The notes beneath the pieces were generated by a model. That model had not been told where the DNA came from. It searched no databases and saw nothing but the letters and a program-made list of their open reading frames with translations. The translations under genes were made by a program, and so were the position numbers. Source: an uncultured Leptospiraceae bacterium (GTDB lineage: Bacteria; Spirochaetota; UBA4802; JAGODF01). Taken from it: 64,000 bases of DNA. This document shows positions 6,749-13,878 of this stretch, piece by piece (position 1 is the stretch's first letter; the number at the start of each line of letters is the position of its first letter). The DNA is taken from the NCBI GenBank assembly GCA_964627815.1, contig CAZVKE010000008.1, positions 182,116 through 246,115 on the forward strand, in the 5' to 3' direction.

Positions 6749-8857
6749 TTACCTTCTGATCTCGCCTATCAACCCGTGAATGTCGATGATGAGGGCGATG
6801 CTCCCATCGCCGAGTATCGCGGCGCCGGAGATCGACCTGCTTTCAGTGATGCCCTTTTCAAGGCTTTTGATCACGGTCTGGTACTGCCCCAGGAGATCGT
6901 CGACCATGATCGCGATTTTTTCTCCCGACGATTCCACGATGACCAGCAGCGCTTCCCATGGATTGATGTGGTCGGCCTTGATCCCGAAATGCGTGTACAT
7001 CCGGATCAGGGGCACGTAATCTTCGCGGACCATCACCATCTCCCGCTTCCCTTCGATCGTTTTGACGGAATCCTGTTTGGCCTGTATCGTTTCCATGATC
7101 GAGAGGAGCGGAATGATATACCGGTTGGCGCCGATACGCACGAGCATCCCGTCGATTATGGCGAGCGTCAGCGGCAGCTTGATGCGGAAGGTCGTTCCGC
7201 GCCCTTCGAGGGTCTCTATTTCAACGGTACCCCTGAGCGACTCGATGTTGGTCTTGACCACATCCATACCCACGCCGCGCCCGGAAAGGTCTCCCACGGC
7301 CGTGGCTGTTGAGAAACCGGGGAGGAAGATGAGCGAGAGAAGCTTGCTGTCGTGTATCTCCTCATCCGGGCTGATAAGCTCTCTCTTGATCGCCTTCTCG
7401 AGGATCTTCTTCCTGTCGATGCCTCGCCCGTCGTCAGTCACTTCGATGAAGACGCTTCCTTCCTGGTGGTATGCCCTGAGTTTGACTGTCCCGTAAGGAT
7501 ATTTTCCCGCGGCGACGCGCTCCTCGGGAGATTCGATGGCGTGGTCAATGGCGTTGCGGATCATATGTTTCAACGGATCGCTGATCTTTTCGATGACGGT
7601 CTTGTCAAGCTCGGTTTCCTTTCCTTCCATCTCGAGCCGTATGTCTTTTCCCACGTTGTGGGCCGCGTCGCGCACAAAGCGCATGAACTGCTCGAACGTC
7701 GGGCCGATCGGTATCATCCGTATCGACATGATCTGTTCCTGGAACTCGCGCGTCGTGCGGTCCAGCGAATGGAGCGCGTTTTTCATACGGAATGAGATCT
7801 CGTCGTCCTCGATGTCGTCGGCTATACGCGCGATCGACGACTGGCCGATGACAATCTCGCCGAGGAGGTTCATCAGGTTGTCCATCTTTGTCGTGTCGAC
7901 ACGCACCGTGCCGGTATCCACCTTCTTCCTGATCCGCTCCTGCTCGTTGAGGGCGTTGTTGATATCGCCGGGCGTGGCAAAGCCTTTTTCGACGACGATG
8001 TCGCCGAGCTTGCGGTTTTCCTTCTCCTGCGCTTGTATCGCCTCGGCCAGCTCGTTTTCCGAAAGAATGCCCTTGTGGAGAAGAATCTCGCCGATCTTCT
8101 TCTCGGTGACATGCTTCTCGTTCTCGCCGGTAGCGTACTCGGCGGTAATGTCCTCTATTTCGATGTCATTGTCTTCCATGACGAAAAGAAAGGTTTCCTG
8201 AATATCCTTCAGGGGATGCGGGGATTTCATGACCAGCTTCCATCCGAGGTAGCATTTCTCGGGGTCCATCTCGCGGAATTCGGGAAGCTCGTTGCGGTCG
8301 GCGTGTTTGTAGATGACCTCTCCCATCGAGAAAAGGTCTTCCATGATGAGGAGGGGATCAATGCCGTGCTCGAAGGTTGTATCCTTAAACTGGGCCCGTA
8401 TCCGGTAATAACGGGTCCCTTCCTGTTTTGCGGTGCCCTCTTCATCCTCGTCAGCCGGTTTTTTCTCGCCCGGCGAAGTGTAGGATTCTATCCTTTCAAT
8501 AAGCAGCTTTTTTACGTCTTCAAGTTTCGAGCTTTCCCCTGTTTCGATATCAACACCGAACAGATCAAGCTTCATCCAGTCCAGGCTCTGAAGCAGGAGG
8601 TCGATTATGCCCTGGTCAACAGAGAGCTTTTCCGACCGGATCATGTCCATAAGGTTTTCGAGCTTATGATTGAATTCATATAACTCATCAAAACCCGCAA
8701 TGCCGGAACTCCCTTTCAGGGTATGGACATAGCGGAATATGTCATTGATGAGCTCTGCGCTGAAATTTTCCTCAAGACTGACGAGTTCCGACTCGAGCTT
8801 GTCAAGTATCTCTTTTGCTTCTTCCAGAAAAACTTCCCTGATCCCTGTATCGCTCAT
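6749..8857 (-). CDS. cheA: Chemotaxis histidine kinase CheA with an embedded MshEN/T2SSE_N-like module
   Basis: 702 aa. Hpt (FRYVHTLKGSSG), dimerisation, HATPase (HMIRNAIDHAIE, DDGRGID, GRGVGMDVV) and a C-terminal CheW-like domain. aa 254-306 match the two-motif MshEN consensus. Confidence 0.95.
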   Translation of the reverse strand: MSDTGIREVFLEEAKEILDKLESELVSLEENFSAELINDIFRYVHTLKGSSGIAGFDELYEFNHKLENLMDMIRSEKLSVDQGIIDLLLQSLDWMKLDLFGVDIETGESSKLEDVKKLLIERIESYTSPGEKKPADEDEEGTAKQEGTRYYRIRAQFKDTTFEHGIDPLLIMEDLFSMGEVIYKHADRNELPEFREMDPEKCYLGWKLVMKSPHPLKDIQETFLFVMEDNDIEIEDITAEYATGENEKHVTEKKIGEILLHKGILSENELAEAIQAQEKENRKLGDIVVEKGFATPGDINNALNEQERIRKKVDTGTVRVDTTKMDNLMNLLGEIVIGQSSIARIADDIEDDEISFRMKNALHSLDRTTREFQEQIMSIRMIPIGPTFEQFMRFVRDAAHNVGKDIRLEMEGKETELDKTVIEKISDPLKHMIRNAIDHAIESPEERVAAGKYPYGTVKLRAYHQEGSVFIEVTDDGRGIDRKKILEKAIKRELISPDEEIHDSKLLSLIFLPGFSTATAVGDLSGRGVGMDVVKTNIESLRGTVEIETLEGRGTTFRIKLPLTLAIIDGMLVRIGANRYIIPLLSIMETIQAKQDSVKTIEGKREMVMVREDYVPLIRMYTHFGIKADHINPWEALLVIVESSGEKIAIMVDDLLGQYQTVIKSLEKGITESRSISGAAILGDGSIALIIDIHGLIGEIRR

Positions 8858-8905
8858 GGCACACTTCCCTCTGATCTGTAATAGGTGTCACAAAAAAAAC
8901 TGTTC

Positions 8906-10930
8906 TTAAAACTCAACAAATCCCTGGTCGGACATCGTTTTTGCGATGTCTTTAGGGTCTTTCTTTTCTGTTTCGTCGGGCTTTTTATCGCCGCCTGCGG
9001 CCTCAGGTTTTTTCTCATCCTGCTTCTGCGGCGTCGTATGCTCCGCGGCGCGCAGGTGTATTTCATGCCTGTTCGTTCCCATGTCGTCGATGATCGTCCG
9101 GCTTATTTTGAATTTCTCGACCATCGAAAGCATCTCCTGCGCCTGGTTCGCCATCTCTTCGCTTGCCGAGGCGGTCTCTTCCACGAGGGCGGAGTTCTGC
9201 TGTGTCATATTGTCCAGTTCCATTACGGCGATATTGATCTGGTCGAGGCCCTGTTTCTGCTCCTCGCTCGCCGCCGATATCTCCGAAATCAGGGTACCGA
9301 CCCTGTTCACCGACTCGATGATCTCCCTGAGCGCCTCGCCGCTCTGGTTGACAAGCTGTGTGCCGTTCTCGATTTTTTCCACTGAAGACTGGATGAGCAC
9401 GCTGATCTCCTTCGCGGCGGTCCCTGCCCGCTGTGCGAGGTTGCGGACTTCTCCCGCGACGACGGCGAAGCCGCGCCCCTGTTCTCCCGCCCGGGCCGCC
9501 TCGACGGCGGCGTTCAACGCCAGCAGATTAGTCTGGAACGCTATTTCATTGATGACCGATATGATTTCCTCGATCTTGCGGCTCGATTCGTTGATCTCAT
9601 TTATTGAATTTACCGAATCCACGACAATCTGCCCTCCCTGCGAGGCGAGGTGCGACGTGGTCGTCGACATTTTATTGGCTTCCATCGCGTTATCGGCGTT
9701 CTGCCTTATCGTGGCGGTGGCCTCCTCTATGGTCGAGGCGATCTCCTCGAGAGAGGATGCCTGCTCAGAGGTGCGCTGTGAGAGGTTTTCATTGCCGCTC
9801 GCGATTTCCTGGACCGCCTGTGAAAGGTTCTGGGCGCTCAGTACGAGTTCTGAAATGAGTTTCTCGAACTGGTTCATGGATTCGTTCACCGCTTTGGCCA
9901 TATCGCCGATTTCGTCATCGGTGATCGTTCCCGTGTAGCGGCCCCGAAGGTCGCCCTGCGCCATGTCGTTGATGACGTTTCTGCATTCATCGAGCGGCTT
10001 GAGCCGTTTGGCGATTACGTAATAGATCGCGATTGCGGTTAAAATCAGACCGAGAAGGCCGAAAATGACCATCGTCGCCGCCATGGCCCGCGCGCTCTCG
10101 TTGATGTCAGACACGAACATGGTGCTGGCGGTTATGAAGCCGAACCGCGTGTTGCGGGTGAGGGACAGGATCTTTCCTTTACCCTGCCATTCGTACCTGA
10201 TCACCGTTCCGTCCGCGGAGGCCATCGCCCGCTTTCCCCACTCCTCGTCTTTCATATTCAGCTTAAGAATCATATCCTTGCTGGGATGGGCGAATACCAG
10301 GCCGTTTATTTCAGCAACGAACGGATATCCGGTGGCCCCGATTTTAACGCCTTCGATCATTGCCTGTGAAAAAGTACTAACGTCAACGACGAGCCCCAGT
10401 ATCCCGGTAATGGTGTTTCCGTTTTTGATCGGTGCTGCGACAGCTATTATCGGAAGATTGGTGACCATCGATTTCTGGGGGGAGGATATAGCGGTTTTGC
10501 CTTCGAGCGCGTTTTTGATAATTTCATGGTATGCCGGATTATTGCTCACCCTGGTCCCCACCGCTTTCGGATTCGTCGCGGCGATGATATCGCAGTTGTT
10601 GTCGGCCGAGCCGATAAATATGTACTGATAGATACCGTGACGGTCCTGGAAGTCTTTCAGCATGCGTATGGCCTCGCCGAGATTTCCTTTTGATACCGAG
10701 TCGGTGCTTGCAAGAAACTCGGCGGTGTTTTCCTGCTGAATGTAAAAAAGCTCAAGCTGCTGGGCGATGTCTTTATTGAAGTTCTGCAGCTGGTTCAGGT
10801 AGGCGTTTTCCACAGCGTCATACGATGCGTTGTACGATATCGCGACAAGAATGATCGTAAGGACCGCAACGATTCCGACAACAATTCCGGCCAGTATCGC
10901 CTTCAGGCTTCTGAACATTCTGATATTCAT
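8906..10930 (-). CDS. mcp: Methyl-accepting chemotaxis protein (N-terminal TM, Cache-like periplasmic domain, HAMP, MCP signalling domain)
   Basis: 674 aa. Canonical tip IAFQTNLLALNAAVEAARAGEQGRGFAVVAGEVRNLAQR. Ends in a charged linker plus GFVEF. Confidence 0.9.
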   Translation of the reverse strand: MNIRMFRSLKAILAGIVVGIVAVLTIILVAISYNASYDAVENAYLNQLQNFNKDIAQQLELFYIQQENTAEFLASTDSVSKGNLGEAIRMLKDFQDRHGIYQYIFIGSADNNCDIIAATNPKAVGTRVSNNPAYHEIIKNALEGKTAISSPQKSMVTNLPIIAVAAPIKNGNTITGILGLVVDVSTFSQAMIEGVKIGATGYPFVAEINGLVFAHPSKDMILKLNMKDEEWGKRAMASADGTVIRYEWQGKGKILSLTRNTRFGFITASTMFVSDINESARAMAATMVIFGLLGLILTAIAIYYVIAKRLKPLDECRNVINDMAQGDLRGRYTGTITDDEIGDMAKAVNESMNQFEKLISELVLSAQNLSQAVQEIASGNENLSQRTSEQASSLEEIASTIEEATATIRQNADNAMEANKMSTTTSHLASQGGQIVVDSVNSINEINESSRKIEEIISVINEIAFQTNLLALNAAVEAARAGEQGRGFAVVAGEVRNLAQRAGTAAKEISVLIQSSVEKIENGTQLVNQSGEALREIIESVNRVGTLISEISAASEEQKQGLDQINIAVMELDNMTQQNSALVEETASASEEMANQAQEMLSMVEKFKISRTIIDDMGTNRHEIHLRAAEHTTPQKQDEKKPEAAGGDKKPDETEKKDPKDIAKTMSDQGFVEF

Positions 10931-10955
10931 ATCATTCTCCTTATATCCCGCATTC

Positions 10956-12971
10956 CTAAAATTCGACGAACCCGTCGTCTTTGAGGGTCCTGGCGGTTCC
11001 CCCCTTTTGCGGTTTTACGGGGCTTTTCCGCGCAATCCTTGATGCCGCCGGTGAAGATTCGGCTGATCGTGCAGCCTTGATGTGAACCTCGCGGTGCTTG
11101 GTTGAATAGGAGGCCGTTTCGACAGTCTCGCGTACCTTGAAGCGTTCCATCATCGAGAGCAGTTCCTGGGCCTGGTTCGCCATCTCTTCGCTTGCGGACG
11201 CCGTTTCCTCGACGAGCGCGGCATTCTGCTGGGTCATGTTGTCAAGCTCCGAAACGGCAACGGTGATCTGGTCCATACCCTGTTTCTGTTCCTGGCTCGC
11301 GGCCGAAATTTCCGAAATCAGCGCGCCCACCTGATTGACCGCATCGATAATCTTGCGCAGCGCCTGCCCGCTTTCGTTGACGAGCCGGGTCCCGTTTTCG
11401 ACCTTCCCGATAGATGTCTTGATAAGATCGGCGATCTCTTTAGCCGCGGTGCCGGAGCGTTGCGCGAGATTGCGCACCTCGCCGGCAACGACCGCGAACC
11501 CTCTTCCATGATCGCCCGCACGCGCGGCCTCGACCGCGGCGTTAAGCGCGAGAAGGTTGGTCTGAAACGAGATTTCATTAATGACGGATATAATATCGCC
11601 GATTTTCTTGCTTGTGCTGTTTATCTCATTTATCGCCACCACCGATTCGTCGATGATCTTTCCGCCGCTTTCGGCGAGCTGCGAGGTCCTGCCGGACATT
11701 TCATTGGCTTCCACAGAGTTTTCCGCGTTCTGGTTGATGGTGGAGCTTGACTCTTCGAGGGTCGACGCGATCTCTTCCAGCGAGGATGCCTGTTCGGTCG
11801 TCCGCTGTGACAGGTTCTGATTGCCGCTCGAAATTTCGCTTACCGCCTGTGCGAGGTTCTGTGCGCTCACGACCAGCTCCGCGATGAGCTTTTCGAACTG
11901 GTCAAGTGAGTTGTTCACCGCATGCGAGATATCCCCGATCTCATCGCGGGTCTGACGGCCTTCGTAGCGGCGCGTGAAATCGCCGCGCGCCATCTGGCCC
12001 ATTATGTCCCGGCACACTTCAAGCGGTTTTAGCCTGCTTGCGATCACGAAGTAGATAAGCAGTCCCGCCGCGATCACGCCCAGTAAGGTAAAGAGAATCA
12101 TCTGCAGCGCCATAACTCTCGCCTGGCTGTTGATATCCGACATGAACATCGTCGAGCCGACGATAAAATGGAACCGGTCGCTCACGATAAAGGTCTGGAT
12201 CTTCTCCAGCCCCTGGAACTCGTACTTCAGCACGCTTCCCGATGGCATTGAGAGGAGTTTTCTGCCCCAGTCGAATGTCTTGATATCCATCTTCAGGATA
12301 AGATCTTCCTGCGGGTGTGCGAAGGTGAGCCCGTCGGCCCTCATGATGTAGGCGTAGCCGGTATTTCCTATTTTCACGTTTTTGATAAGGTTCTGTGAAA
12401 ACTTGCTCAGCTCTACCGCGAGTCCGACAATCCCGACGATCCGGTTATTGTCCATGATCGGCGCCGAAACGAGCACAACCGGGAGGCCGGTAATCGGGGA
12501 CTTCTGGGCCTGGCTCACCCAGGATTTTCCCTCCAGCGCCTTAGTGATGTTCTCGTCGTACCCGATCCCCCCCCATCGCGTTCCGGCGCCCTTGCGTGAG
12601 CCGGACACGATTACCTGCGGGTTCTGTTCGGCGCTTGAAAGGAATACGTTCTCATATGTTCCGTACTTATCGAAGAAATTATTCAGTGTCGGCGCGGCCA
12701 TCCCGAAATTTTTAGTGATTGCGGCAGTTACGACCGCGGGTGTGGCGGCCAGAAATTCCGCATGCCGCATTTCTGAATCGAAAAATCCGGTCAACTGCCG
12801 GTCGAGATCTTTGTTTATGTTGGTAAGCTGGTTGACAAATGCGCTTTCAACGGATCTGCGTGCGGCGTTATATGATATGAGCACCAGAATTATTGAAAGC
12901 AGAATGATAATGGCAACAACAATGGACGATAACACAATTTTGAGACTGCGAAACTTTTCTTTAATGTTCAT
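10956..12971 (-). CDS. mcp: Methyl-accepting chemotaxis protein, tandem paralog of the preceding MCP
   Basis: 671 aa with the same architecture and tip (ISFQTNLLALNAAVEAARAGDHGRGFAVVAGEVRNLAQR). Also ends in GFVEF. Confidence 0.9.
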   Translation of the reverse strand: MNIKEKFRSLKIVLSSIVVAIIILLSIILVLISYNAARRSVESAFVNQLTNINKDLDRQLTGFFDSEMRHAEFLAATPAVVTAAITKNFGMAAPTLNNFFDKYGTYENVFLSSAEQNPQVIVSGSRKGAGTRWGGIGYDENITKALEGKSWVSQAQKSPITGLPVVLVSAPIMDNNRIVGIVGLAVELSKFSQNLIKNVKIGNTGYAYIMRADGLTFAHPQEDLILKMDIKTFDWGRKLLSMPSGSVLKYEFQGLEKIQTFIVSDRFHFIVGSTMFMSDINSQARVMALQMILFTLLGVIAAGLLIYFVIASRLKPLEVCRDIMGQMARGDFTRRYEGRQTRDEIGDISHAVNNSLDQFEKLIAELVVSAQNLAQAVSEISSGNQNLSQRTTEQASSLEEIASTLEESSSTINQNAENSVEANEMSGRTSQLAESGGKIIDESVVAINEINSTSKKIGDIISVINEISFQTNLLALNAAVEAARAGDHGRGFAVVAGEVRNLAQRSGTAAKEIADLIKTSIGKVENGTRLVNESGQALRKIIDAVNQVGALISEISAASQEQKQGMDQITVAVSELDNMTQQNAALVEETASASEEMANQAQELLSMMERFKVRETVETASYSTKHREVHIKAARSAESSPAASRIARKSPVKPQKGGTARTLKDDGFVEF

Positions 12972-13049
12972 GTCCTTCCCCCGAAAACGATCTCATGTAG
13001 ATTCCTCCTCAATTTGTTGTCGCCATTACCATTCATCAGGTTATGATGA

Positions 13050-13078
13050 TATATATAAAAAAAACAAATGGTGGTCAA
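13050..13078 (-). promoter_or_regulatory. Candidate sigma70-type promoter of the mcp-che operon
   Basis: Minus strand reads TTGACC (13078..13073), a 17-nt spacer, then TATATA (13055..13050), about 80 nt upstream of the mcp ATG. Confidence 0.3.
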
Positions 13079-13169
13079 TACAGGACAGTGTTATTTTGGT
13101 ATAATAGGAACACCTTAAATAAAGTAGGGGAATCCCTTACTCGTTATGTCGCATGGATCGGGTGGTGGA

Positions 13170-13865
13170 TTATTTCATGTTTGTGGTCTGGATCCAGTGT
13201 ACCGCGACCTGAATAAGCTCTGCTGAATCCTGGAGGTTCATCTTCTGTTTTATATTCTGGCGGTGGGTCTCGATGGTCTTGATGCTGAGGTTGAGCTGCT
13301 TGGCGATCCTTCTGGTGCTGAAGCCGCGCCCTATCAGGCGGAAGACCTCGAGCTCTCTGTTGGTGAGCCCTTCGACAAGCGTGTAGTTGCTGTCCTCGGA
13401 TTTCATCGCATCCCCGCGCAACAGGCGCTGCAACAGGCGCGATTTTATCCGTTCGCTGACGAAAATTTCGCCCTTCATCACCTGGTGGATCGCCTTGATG
13501 AGCGTATCGGTTGCTTCCTGTTTCATCACGTATCCCATGGAGCCGGATCTTATCGCCCGCTCGGCATACAGGTTTTCATCGTGCATCGAGAGTACGAGGA
13601 GGGTGATATCGGGACGGCGCGAATGGATTGCCTTGATCAGGTCCAGACCGCTGTCCTCCTCGAGAGAGAGGTCCACCAGCACCAGCTTCGGCTCGGTTTC
13701 CTTGATGACTTCCCATCCCTCCGAGGAGTTTTTTGCCTCGCCGCACACGATCATATCCTCCTGCATGTTGATGAGCTGGGCGATCCCGTGGCGTACGATA
13801 GGATGGTCGTCTACGATGACGATCCTTATCTTTTTTTCGGTTTTCACGCCGTTTCGGTCTGCCAT
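13170..13865 (-). CDS. NarL/LuxR-family response regulator
   Basis: 231 aa. Receiver (IVIVDDHPIVRHG, VLVDLSLEEDSG) plus LuxR HTH (LTNRELEVFRLIGRGFSTRRIAKQLNLSIKTIETHRQNI). Confidence 0.9.
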   Translation of the reverse strand: MADRNGVKTEKKIRIVIVDDHPIVRHGIAQLINMQEDMIVCGEAKNSSEGWEVIKETEPKLVLVDLSLEEDSGLDLIKAIHSRRPDITLLVLSMHDENLYAERAIRSGSMGYVMKQEATDTLIKAIHQVMKGEIFVSERIKSRLLQRLLRGDAMKSEDSNYTLVEGLTNRELEVFRLIGRGFSTRRIAKQLNLSIKTIETHRQNIKQKMNLQDSAELIQVAVHWIQTTNMK

Positions 13866-13878
13866 TTAAGCGCTCCTG

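Noticed and set aside
12961-13010. An 11-codon mini-ORF (MRSFSGEGHEH) with a GAGGAGG SD in the mcp leader, overlapping the mcp start out of frame.
   Set aside because: It is too short to separate from chance. The purine-rich tract may simply be part of the mcp ribosome-binding region. It needs ribosome profiling or conservation data.
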